Origin: an archaeon
GTDB taxonomy: Archaea > Nanobdellota > Nanobdellia > CSSed11-243R1
Length of the DNA stretch: 64,000 nt
Reading direction: 5' to 3'
Assembly: GCA_024277205.1 (NCBI GenBank)
Contig: JAJRVP010000021.1
Location: 25,130-89,129 of the forward strand
The notes beneath the pieces were generated by a model. That model was given only the letters and a program-made list of their open reading frames with translations, made no database searches and was not told where the DNA came from. Both the position numbers and the translations under genes were made by a program. Of the stretch, positions 47,064 through 56,007 are shown piece after piece. The stretch's first letter is position 1. The number at the start of each line of letters is the position of its first letter.

Positions 47064-47082
47064 TTCTTCTTTTTTTTCTTTT
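47064..47082 (+). terminator. Oligo-T termination signal after the first surface-protein gene
   Basis: TTCTTCTTTTTTTTCTTTT (a T8 run at 47070-47077) lies directly after the stop codon. Confidence 0.4.
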
Positions 47083-47126
47083 GAAACCACAATAAATATA
47101 TATACAATTATTTAGTTAGAATTACC

Positions 47127-50100
47127 ATGGGTGGAAAAATACATTTAAATAAAACCATTGTTTTTTTTGCGATTTTAATTTTAGCAACAATTGTTATAGT
47201 AAGTAATGTAAGTGCTGTGCAGGAAGGAGAACAAATTCAACCTAAAAAATTAATAAAAAGGCAAACAAGTCCTGCTCAAAGCGATTATGTCAATATTATT
47301 ATTACATTTAACAAAGAAGTTTCTGTTAATGAAAAAGGAATAAATGCTCTCTCTCCACGCGCTGAAAATATTAAAAAAATGCCTTTAAAAGTTGAACATA
47401 AGCTCCCAATTATTAATGGTATAACTGCAAAAGTTCACAAAGACGAAATAGAAACTATCAGGAATCTTCCTTATGTAAAAGATGTTGAAATTGATTCTTT
47501 AAAATTTCACATTCTCCTTGATGATACAGTTCCATTAATTAAAGCTAATTATTCCCAAAGTTATGGATATAATGGCTCTGGTGTTAAAGTTTGTATAATT
47601 GATACTGGTATTGATTTTTTCCACTCAAATTTACCAACACCTGTTGCAAGCAAAGATTTTACGGATTGGGATTGGTATATAGATGGGCAGGCATCCACAG
47701 CAGGAGCATCAAAGAGTTATAAATATTATCTAAATATCTCGAATTCTTCTTTGGATTGGCTTGAGATTGGGGCTAGTTGGGTTTGTAATAGTACTTCCGA
47801 TTTGTATTATGATGTTGCAACAGAAACATGGAAAAATTGTACTGGTGGGGATAGATATGATATCTATATTTATTACCCCAATGGCACATTAGCTGATGAT
47901 TCCTTAACAGTACCCACAACAAAAGATTCTGAAAGTGGTTTTTATTGGGTTAGACTTAACTTGACTAATGTAAATGGAAATAATGGTAGTTGGGTGATTA
48001 TGATAAATGAGACTGATATAAATCAAACAGGAGATTATCCTACAATTGTCTGGGGTTCAAATGTATCACACAATCTTTATGTTGGTTGGACATTAGGGAA
48101 TAACCCTGTTCAATCAGACAGTAGAGCTTTTTACAACATTCACCCACAAGATGACAATGGGCACGGAACTCATGTTGCTGGAATAATCGCAAGCAACAAC
48201 ACTACATATAAAGGAGTTGCACCAGGAGTTGATTTATACATAGCAAAAGTTTTAGACACAGATGGTTCTGGAACTTCAACATCAATTGTAAATGGTATTG
48301 AATGGTGTGTAAGCCAAGGAGTTGACATAATAAGTATGAGTTTGGGTGGAACAACACCACACACATATGGTTGTAACGACAGCGATGCAATCGCTGTTGA
48401 TAATGCATCTGCACAAGGAGTTCTTTGTGTAATTGCTGCAGGAAATAATGGTACATATGGTTCTGGTACAATCGCATCGCCAGGTTGTGCAAGAACAGCA
48501 TTAACAGTTGGTGCAACTGATAAAGTTGATGCAACAACTGTTCCTCCTTATTCTGGAAAGGGTCCTACAAATGATCCTTATCCAAGATTAAAACCTGAAA
48601 TTGTGGCTCCCGGGGGAGAAGGGATAGGAACACCATCTTTACGCCAGATTATGTCGACGTATATAACAAATAGATTTGAACATTTATATGGGACATCAAT
48701 GGCAACACCGCATGTTGCTGGTGCAGCAGCACTTTTGCTACAAAAATATTCAACATTAACCCCTGGAAAAATAAAAGTTATATTGATGAACTCTGCTAAT
48801 CAAGCAGGCACAACTTTTGGAGATTTAAACAATACGTGGGGAGCCGGACTTTTAGATGTTCTTGAAGCTGCAAACAACACATACGTTTTAAATGACACAA
48901 TAACAAATAATACAATAAAATCTTATACAATTGAAGTGTCCTCAGATGTAAAAGCAACAATTTATTGGGAAGAAACAGCAAACAATTTTCATAACTCAAT
49001 AAATTTATCCTTAGCAAATCCATCTGGAACAGTTGTTGATACATCAACAAATACAAGTTGGGTTACTCAACAAGTTGGTTATGAAAATCCAACTTCTGGA
49101 AAATGGAAAGTTTATGTCGGTGGTGTAAATGTTAACTCTTCAAAAGAATTTTATCTTGCAACAAACCAATTTGCATACCCATCGACAATTTTGAAATTAT
49201 TATCTCCTTCAAATGGAAGCGCATTTAATACATCAGATGTTACATTGTCATATTTTGTAACTGCTGAAAATTTAGATTCTTGTATGATTTGGATTGGAAA
49301 TGGGACAAACTGGCAAGTTAATCTAACTAATTCAACACCAACAAATAATGCAACAAATAATTTCACCCAAACATTTTCAGAAGGCACATATACATGGAAC
49401 ATCGAATGTAATGGTACTTTTCAAGGAACTTCTTTTTCTGATTTTAACGAAACTAATTATACGTTTTCAATTGATACACAACCACCAATCGTGACAATTA
49501 ATACCCCTATTGCTAATGCTAATTTAAGTGGGACAGTAACACTTAATTGGACAATTGATGATTTGACTTTTGAACAAGTTTGGTATTCTTTAGATGGTGG
49601 AGCAAATATAACTTTAACTGGCAAATCAAACTCGACAAATATTTCAATCTCAACAGAAGGAAGTCACACAATGATATTATATGCAAATGATAGTTTTGGA
49701 AGAATAAGTAGTCAAACAGTATCTTTTACAATTGATAAAACACCCCCAGTTCTCAATGTAATCTTACCATTAAATACCACGATTGCAAATAAAAATAATA
49801 CATTTTTGAATTATACAATTTCAGATAATGTTACTTCTGTTGAATCTGTTTTATACTCTTTGGATGGACAAGCAAACATATCTTTGCCCAAAGTTGATAC
49901 AAACACCACAATAAGTTTTGAATATCCTGGAAAGCACATTTTGATAATTTACGCAAACGATTCTGCTGGGAATTCAATAAGTAAAAATGTTACATTTGTT
50001 TCAAACTTTGATATGAATATGTCTGATTGGGTTGATTATGCAAATACAACTTTGACAGAAGTAAATAGTATCTCTGTAAGCAATGGAACGGATGTAACAA

Positions 50101-51989
50101 ACGAAGCATCTCTTGATGTAAATACAACTTTGAATCTAACTGTTCATACCACAAACTTTAACATAACACTTGAAAATTTCAATGGCTTAAATGTTGTGTG
50201 GAAACAATTGTTTAGTATAACAGAAAACAATACAACAGTAGAGAATACAATTGAACTTGGATCTGGGACAAATATAACAAAGATGATTTATCTTGGAAAT
50301 GTTCAAAACTTTTTGGAAAATAATAGATATAATGCAACAGTAGAATTTTCACCAAACTCCACAAATTACACAGAGCTATATTATTGTGGAAAAGATAACC
50401 CTTCAAGTGTTAGTGAATGTAACTTATTAATTGCCTGTACTGGAAACTTTAATGGCACACCTTGTTATAAAGATACTCCCACTACTACAATTGTTTATGT
50501 TCCACACATGTCAAGTGTTGCTGCAGGACAAAACACAATTCCACCAACAATAGATATTGTATCTCCAACAAATAGCACATACACAGATGGGGATGTGATT
50601 TATACATTAAAAGCAGATATTACAACACCTTTAGATACCACATATTGCAATTATTCTTTAAAAGGAGTTGATACAAGCAGCGGTTCAAAAACAGTTATAT
50701 CAGGAAGTACAAATTATACATGGACAATAGGCCCTCTGCATAATGGAAATTATAATCTAACTTTTTGGTGCGAGGACAAACATGGTTACAACAATTCAAC
50801 AATAATCTATTTCACTATTGATGATACAACAGGACCAACCATTTATAATTATGGTGAAACAAACAAAACACTAGATTCTGCAGTTATTACATGGAGTACA
50901 ACTGAACCTGCTAATGAAAGAGTGGACTATGGTTTAAGCTGTACAAACCTAAACGATTATGAAAGAAATACTCTATATTCCAAAGAACACGCAGTAGAAT
51001 TAACAGGACTTTCATCAGGAACTACATACTATTATAAAATAACTTCTTGTGATTATCAAAATAATTGTAATGTAAAATCATGTAGTACAAGTACAAGCTT
51101 TCTAACTGCTTGGGAAGAAGGAGACACATCATCAAACGAAGGTGCTGAAGGCGGAGGTGGTGGAGGAAATACGACACAAGTCCTAAAACAAATTCACTTT
51201 TGGACATTGATTGAGCCAAATAAAGAGACAATATTTGACATTACAAGTTCTGCTATAGTAGTTGATGAATTAATATTTATATTATCAGAAGGAGTAGTTG
51301 ATGCTCAGATGAGTGTGGAATCATATGGTTCCACAACTCCTGCCGGACTACCAACAGCACCAAACTTTGTATACCAATATTTTGATATATCTTCAACCTT
51401 TACCGATAAAATAAAATTGTTAAAAATACAATTTAAAATTCCATCTTCGTGGTTTACGAACAACCACTACGACCCAAATGAAGTGAAACTTTATCATTAT
51501 AAAAATAATGAATGGCAAATGGTATTTACTTCATATGAGGGCATGTCTGGTGATTATTATGTTTATGAGTCTGAAGTAACAAGCTTATCAAAATTTGCAG
51601 TTTCAACTGTTGAAGCACCACCTTATGAAGAGACATGTGGTAATGGGATATGTAATCAAACAGTAGGAGAAACATGTTCAAATTGTCAAGAAGATTGCGG
51701 TCCATGCCCAGTACAAAACGAAACTTATGAAAATGCAACGAATGAGTATTACAACAACACAAACAAAACCACAACAAACCTTGATTTCAGTAAATTAAAG
51801 CAAAAGATAATCGAAAACAAATATGTTATTGTTGGGGCTATCTCCCTGGCAGGTATAATCCTATGTTTATATTTATCAGAAATAAAACCACCAAAGGTAA
51901 TAGAGAAACTGAGAAGCATAAAAAATAAATTCAAATTTAAAAAAAGAGATAATTTTGAGCTTGAGCCTGGCATATTCAAATTAAAGTAA
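47127..51989 (+). CDS. Giant (1620 aa) surface-anchored subtilisin-like (S8) serine protease with a long beta-sandwich/Fn3/PGF-pre-PGF-like stalk and a C-terminal TM anchor
   Basis: Signal anchor FFAILILATIVIV and an I9-like propeptide. Catalytic Asp CIIDTGID, His GHGTHVAGIIAS, Asn AAGNNG and Ser GTSMATPHVAGAAALL. Ig-like repeats follow. The pre-PGF-like block is KIQFKIPSSWF...VKLYHYKNNEWQMV...LSKFAVS. There is a Cys motif CGNGICNQTVGETCSNCQEDCGPCP and a TM segment VIVGAISLAGIILCLYL. Confidence 0.88.
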   Translation: MGGKIHLNKTIVFFAILILATIVIVSNVSAVQEGEQIQPKKLIKRQTSPAQSDYVNIIITFNKEVSVNEKGINALSPRAENIKKMPLKVEHKLPIINGITAKVHKDEIETIRNLPYVKDVEIDSLKFHILLDDTVPLIKANYSQSYGYNGSGVKVCIIDTGIDFFHSNLPTPVASKDFTDWDWYIDGQASTAGASKSYKYYLNISNSSLDWLEIGASWVCNSTSDLYYDVATETWKNCTGGDRYDIYIYYPNGTLADDSLTVPTTKDSESGFYWVRLNLTNVNGNNGSWVIMINETDINQTGDYPTIVWGSNVSHNLYVGWTLGNNPVQSDSRAFYNIHPQDDNGHGTHVAGIIASNNTTYKGVAPGVDLYIAKVLDTDGSGTSTSIVNGIEWCVSQGVDIISMSLGGTTPHTYGCNDSDAIAVDNASAQGVLCVIAAGNNGTYGSGTIASPGCARTALTVGATDKVDATTVPPYSGKGPTNDPYPRLKPEIVAPGGEGIGTPSLRQIMSTYITNRFEHLYGTSMATPHVAGAAALLLQKYSTLTPGKIKVILMNSANQAGTTFGDLNNTWGAGLLDVLEAANNTYVLNDTITNNTIKSYTIEVSSDVKATIYWEETANNFHNSINLSLANPSGTVVDTSTNTSWVTQQVGYENPTSGKWKVYVGGVNVNSSKEFYLATNQFAYPSTILKLLSPSNGSAFNTSDVTLSYFVTAENLDSCMIWIGNGTNWQVNLTNSTPTNNATNNFTQTFSEGTYTWNIECNGTFQGTSFSDFNETNYTFSIDTQPPIVTINTPIANANLSGTVTLNWTIDDLTFEQVWYSLDGGANITLTGKSNSTNISISTEGSHTMILYANDSFGRISSQTVSFTIDKTPPVLNVILPLNTTIANKNNTFLNYTISDNVTSVESVLYSLDGQANISLPKVDTNTTISFEYPGKHILIIYANDSAGNSISKNVTFVSNFDMNMSDWVDYANTTLTEVNSISVSNGTDVTNEASLDVNTTLNLTVHTTNFNITLENFNGLNVVWKQLFSITENNTTVENTIELGSGTNITKMIYLGNVQNFLENNRYNATVEFSPNSTNYTELYYCGKDNPSSVSECNLLIACTGNFNGTPCYKDTPTTTIVYVPHMSSVAAGQNTIPPTIDIVSPTNSTYTDGDVIYTLKADITTPLDTTYCNYSLKGVDTSSGSKTVISGSTNYTWTIGPLHNGNYNLTFWCEDKHGYNNSTIIYFTIDDTTGPTIYNYGETNKTLDSAVITWSTTEPANERVDYGLSCTNLNDYERNTLYSKEHAVELTGLSSGTTYYYKITSCDYQNNCNVKSCSTSTSFLTAWEEGDTSSNEGAEGGGGGGNTTQVLKQIHFWTLIEPNKETIFDITSSAIVVDELIFILSEGVVDAQMSVESYGSTTPAGLPTAPNFVYQYFDISSTFTDKIKLLKIQFKIPSSWFTNNHYDPNEVKLYHYKNNEWQMVFTSYEGMSGDYYVYESEVTSLSKFAVSTVEAPPYEETCGNGICNQTVGETCSNCQEDCGPCPVQNETYENATNEYYNNTNKTTTNLDFSKLKQKIIENKYVIVGAISLAGIILCLYLSEIKPPKVIEKLRSIKNKFKFKKRDNFELEPGIFKLK

Positions 51990-51999
51990 GGGTGTTTTT

Positions 52000-52569
52000 T
52001 TGGGAACCATAAGATTATTTTTAGCGATTAGATTATTAAATGCATTAGAAGAACAAATTGCAGAACTACAAAAAGAGGTTAAAAAAACAGATGTAGATGC
52101 AAAATTCGTAGAGAAAGAAAATTTGCATATTAACCTCAAGTTTTTGGGTTCAAAAACAAAAAAGGAAGCCGAAGAAATTAAAAATTGTGTAAAAGAAGCT
52201 ATTTCTAATTTTAAAAAATTTGAGATTGAAATAAAAGGAATGGGTGCATTCCCAAGCAAAAGTTACATTCGCGTGCTTTGGCTTGGAATAGGTTCTGGAA
52301 AAAATAGATTAGAACAACTTTATGATGAATTAGAAAACAATTTTGAAAAGATTGGCATTCCTAAAGAGAGCAGAGAATTTTCACCACACATAACATTGTG
52401 TAGATTGCGCTCCCAAAAAAACAAAAATCTACTAAAAGAGATAATCTCTAAATATGAACACAAATCTTTTGGGAAATTAAAAGTAGATGCCTTGTTTCTT
52501 ATACAAAGCAAATTATCTCCCAAAGGACCAAAATATATTAATATAGAAAAATTTGATTTAATAGATTAA
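52000..52569 (+). CDS. RNA 2',3'-cyclic phosphodiesterase / 2'-5' RNA ligase (2H family, LigT/ThpR)
   Basis: Two HxT/S-type motifs, HINLKFLG and HITLCR, in a protein of about 189 aa. There is no ATG, so the ORF opens with TTG (RLFLAI follows). Confidence 0.75.
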   Translation: MGTIRLFLAIRLLNALEEQIAELQKEVKKTDVDAKFVEKENLHINLKFLGSKTKKEAEEIKNCVKEAISNFKKFEIEIKGMGAFPSKSYIRVLWLGIGSGKNRLEQLYDELENNFEKIGIPKESREFSPHITLCRLRSQKNKNLLKEIISKYEHKSFGKLKVDALFLIQSKLSPKGPKYINIEKFDLID

Positions 52570-54690
52570 ATGGCAACTATATTAATATGTGAAAAACCAA
52601 CAGCAGCTAAAAAAATAGCAGCAGCTTTGTCTAATGGGAAGTATAAGACTAAAAAATCCAAAACAGACGTTAGTTATTTTGAATTCAAGATTAAAAATAA
52701 AAAATATATTGCTGTACCTGCAGTAGGACATTTATTTGGGCTAAAAGATGTTTCTAAAAAGGGATGGAATTACCCTATTTATGATATGGAATGGCGCCCA
52801 ACCTTTGAAATAAATCAGCGAGCAGAATTTGCAAGGAAATATTATGAAACAATCCTTGAAGTTGCAAAAGAGGCAAATGATTTTATTGTGGCTACAGATT
52901 TGGATGAAGAAGGAAGCGTGATAGGGTATAACATCTTAAGATTCATTTTTAAGAAGGATAATGCAAAAAGAATGATGTTCTCAACATTAACAAAAGACGA
53001 TTTAGTTGAAGCATATAACAAAGTTAGTAAACATCTTGATTTTGAAAGAATTGAGGCAGGTTTAACAAGACATTATCTTGATTTTCTTTGGGGTATAAAT
53101 GTTTCAAGAGCATTGACTCTCTCAATCAAACATTTCGGAAAAAAATTAAATCACTATCTTCTTTCTGCAGGGAGAGTTCAAACTCCAATGCTTTATTTTT
53201 TAATCAAAAGAGAAAAAGAGATAGCATCATTTAAACCAAAACCATTTTGGGAATTGTATGCTACAATTAAAACAAAACCAGAAATAAAATGTTTACACAA
53301 AACATCTAAATTTTGGAAAAAAGCAGAAGTAGATAAGTCATATTCTAATGCAAAAGGAAAAAAAGCAGTTGTTGAAAAAGTAACAAAGAAAAAAGTTAAA
53401 AAAGAGCCACCAAATCCATTTGATTTAACTTCTTTGCAAACAGAAGCTTATCGATTTTTTGGATTTTCTCCAAAAAGAACATCTGACATCGCACAATCTC
53501 TTTATACAGCGGGTTATATTTCTTATCCGAGAACCTCATCTCAGAAATTACCACCACAAATAAAATATAAAGATATTTTAAAAAGGATTGCCAAACTAAA
53601 AACATATTCAAAAAATGCAGAACTTCTGCTTTCAAAAGAAAAGTTGATCCCTAAAGAAGGAAAGAAGAGCGACCCTGCACACCCAGCAATTTATCCAACA
53701 AAAGAAATTCCTGAATTATCAAAATTAAATGCTCAAGAGAAAAAACTTTATGATTTGATTGTAAGAAGATTCTTAGCTGTTTTTGGAGAGCCAGCAATTA
53801 GAGAATCAACAAGAGTAATTTTTGATATTGGTGGTGAAAAATTCAATGCCACAGGTTCAAAAACAATAGAAAAAAATTGGATGGAATTATATGGGAAATA
53901 TGCCAAATTAGAAGAAATAGAGTTTCCAGAATTGAATGAAGGTGATAAATTCTCAGTCAAGAAAATAGAGTTAATTTCAAAAGAAACTCAGCCACCCAAT
54001 AGATATTCTCAAGGTTCAATTGTTAAAGAGTTAGAAAAAAGAAATCTTGGAACAAAAGCAACAAGAGCATCCATACTACAGACTTTATATGATAGGGGGT
54101 ATGTTGTTGGAAAAAGCATTACAGTAACTAGGCTTGGTATGGCAGTTGGAGAAACTTTGGCTAAAAATATCCCAGAACTTACTTCAGAAGAACTTACAAG
54201 AAAGTTTGAAAAAGAAATGGAAAAAATTGAACAAGGAAAAATAAAACGAGACAAAGTGATAAAAGATGCAATAAAAGTAATTAAAAAAATCTCAGAAGAA
54301 TTCAAGAAAAAAGAAAAAAACATAGGCATTAAACTTGAACGTGCCATTTTAGAAACTCAAGAAAACCAAAGCATTTTGAGTGAATGTCTAAAATGTCATA
54401 AAAAACTTGGTGGTATGCTTAAGATACTTTATTCTCCAAGAACAAAAAAGAAGTTTGTTGGGTGTACAAGTTACCCAAAATGTAAAAACATATATCCTTT
54501 GCCAGGTGGTGCAAAAATAGAAAAACAAAATAGGATTTGCGAACATTGTAAAACTCCTATTGTTAAAATAATAAGAAAAGGAAAGCGCCCATTTACAATG
54601 TGTTTAGACCCAAACTGCAAAACAAAAGAAAGCTGGAACAGTAATTCTAACAAAAATCAAAAACAAAAAAATAAAAAAACAAAAGAATAG
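52570..54690 (+). CDS. topA: Type IA DNA topoisomerase
   Basis: Toprim ILICEKP...ATDLDEEG, active-site Tyr region GYISYPRTSSQ, and C-terminal zinc ribbons (CLKCH...C..YPKC, CEHC...C..PNC). Confidence 0.9.
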   Translation: MATILICEKPTAAKKIAAALSNGKYKTKKSKTDVSYFEFKIKNKKYIAVPAVGHLFGLKDVSKKGWNYPIYDMEWRPTFEINQRAEFARKYYETILEVAKEANDFIVATDLDEEGSVIGYNILRFIFKKDNAKRMMFSTLTKDDLVEAYNKVSKHLDFERIEAGLTRHYLDFLWGINVSRALTLSIKHFGKKLNHYLLSAGRVQTPMLYFLIKREKEIASFKPKPFWELYATIKTKPEIKCLHKTSKFWKKAEVDKSYSNAKGKKAVVEKVTKKKVKKEPPNPFDLTSLQTEAYRFFGFSPKRTSDIAQSLYTAGYISYPRTSSQKLPPQIKYKDILKRIAKLKTYSKNAELLLSKEKLIPKEGKKSDPAHPAIYPTKEIPELSKLNAQEKKLYDLIVRRFLAVFGEPAIRESTRVIFDIGGEKFNATGSKTIEKNWMELYGKYAKLEEIEFPELNEGDKFSVKKIELISKETQPPNRYSQGSIVKELEKRNLGTKATRASILQTLYDRGYVVGKSITVTRLGMAVGETLAKNIPELTSEELTRKFEKEMEKIEQGKIKRDKVIKDAIKVIKKISEEFKKKEKNIGIKLERAILETQENQSILSECLKCHKKLGGMLKILYSPRTKKKFVGCTSYPKCKNIYPLPGGAKIEKQNRICEHCKTPIVKIIRKGKRPFTMCLDPNCKTKESWNSNSNKNQKQKNKKTKE

Positions 54691-55106
54691 GATTATTTTT
54701 TATTCAACCATTTTTTCATTCTTGGGCAAAAACGGCTTAGCACAAAAAAAATTATTAAAAGTATGCCCAATATGATGATTGTGTTATAAAAAAATTGTTC
54801 TGATACCATATTTTCATTAAAACATAAAAAAGAAATAAAAACTAAAGGAAAATTGCATTTTAAAATTGTCCAATATCCCTTATCTTTTTATCCTGTGTAT
54901 AGTATTATATGATAAATTGTTCAGATAGTAAATCCTGTATATTCATGAGGCTTTTTAGCTCATTTGCAGCAGTATTCTTGTTAGTAATTGTTCTTTTTGT
55001 TGGACAACCAACTGCTAACGTAGTATACAAATCAGAACATTCATCTGTTATTCCAATATTATTTTTAATAATGATAGTTGTAGCTATCGCTTCTGTACTA
55101 TTTTTT

Positions 55107-56003
55107 TCAAAGTTTAGTTGTAACAATAGGTGTGTCCAAGAGTAATATTGTGTGCTCTGCTTGAGAAACAATTCCATCACTTTCCTCTTTTAGGACAGAA
55201 TAGTTATGTAAAGCACCAATCCTGTTGAGTTCACGTAATCCCATTTCTATACCAAAACCACCAATTTTTTTAGCAAGCCATCTTCTACAAAATGGAAGTT
55301 CTTGATGTTCTTCTAAGACATAGTTTAAAATTTTTCTTGCACTTTGCAAACGAACAGGTTTTGGAACTTCAATTTTGAAAATTTCAGATTCTTTTGCATC
55401 AATTACTTTCCCAATACCATTTGTTGCAAAAGGTTCAATAGCAATTGCCATCCCTTCTTCTAATTTTTGATTGCTTTTATTATTAAAATTAGGAATTGTT
55501 GGAGGGACATGTGTTTTATAATTTTCCAAACCATGTCCTGATAAGTTTGCAATTGGTACAAAACCATATCGCCTTATCGTTTCTTCTACAATAGAGCCAA
55601 TTTCAGAAATTGTTACACCAGGTTTTGCAATATCAATTGCAGCATTTACTGCTTCTTCACTTGCTTTAATTAAATCTTTCCAATTATTTGTTCCAATCTC
55701 AAATGTTTTAGCAGTGTCAGCAATCCACCCATCAACATGTACCCCAACATCAACTTTTACAACGTCACCCTTTTTGAAAATGGTTTCATCATTTATCTTT
55801 GGAGTCCAATGAGCAGCAATTGAATTTATTGAAAGATTCATTGGCCATGCAGGTTTTCCACCAAGTTTTATAATTTCATTTTCAAGTTTTTCAGCAACAT
55901 CTAATGTTTTTGCACCATCTTTTATTATTTCTTTAGCCAAAGAAATAATTTTTTTAGCAATTTCACCAGCTTTTTTGTACTTTTCAATTACGTCTTCTTC
56001 CAT
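55107..56003 (-). CDS. map: Methionine aminopeptidase, type 2 (archaeal)
   Basis: Pita-bread fold ligands (VKVDVGVHVDGWIADTA, SGHGLE, AIEPFAT, AEHT). AGGTGAT Shine-Dalgarno 4 nt before ATG 56003, overlapping the polB stop. Confidence 0.88.
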   Translation of the reverse strand: MEEDVIEKYKKAGEIAKKIISLAKEIIKDGAKTLDVAEKLENEIIKLGGKPAWPMNLSINSIAAHWTPKINDETIFKKGDVVKVDVGVHVDGWIADTAKTFEIGTNNWKDLIKASEEAVNAAIDIAKPGVTISEIGSIVEETIRRYGFVPIANLSGHGLENYKTHVPPTIPNFNNKSNQKLEEGMAIAIEPFATNGIGKVIDAKESEIFKIEVPKPVRLQSARKILNYVLEEHQELPFCRRWLAKKIGGFGIEMGLRELNRIGALHNYSVLKEESDGIVSQAEHTILLLDTPIVTTKL

Positions 56004-56007
56004 TTTA

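Noticed and set aside
42527-51979. Numerous antisense or alternate-frame ORFs within the two giant genes (e.g. 44960-45544, 48202-48537, 51981-52259).
   Set aside because: They are embedded in long, motif-supported coding frames. Their compositions are repetitive and they lack start contexts.
42213-51989. A diversity-generating retroelement or template/variable repeat pair targeting the giant surface proteins.
   Set aside because: No reverse transcriptase gene or non-coding template repeat is present in the window. The only DNA identity noticed between the two genes is an 18-mer.
54693-55180. Small hydrophobic ORFs in the topA/map gap (54693-54809 minus, about 38 aa; 54909-55145 plus, 78 aa; 54905-55180 minus, 91 aa).
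   Set aside because: They are mutually overlapping, lack Shine-Dalgarno sequences, and two of them overlap the 3' end of map. One could be real (the 78-aa two-helix ORF), but the sequence alone does not support calling it.
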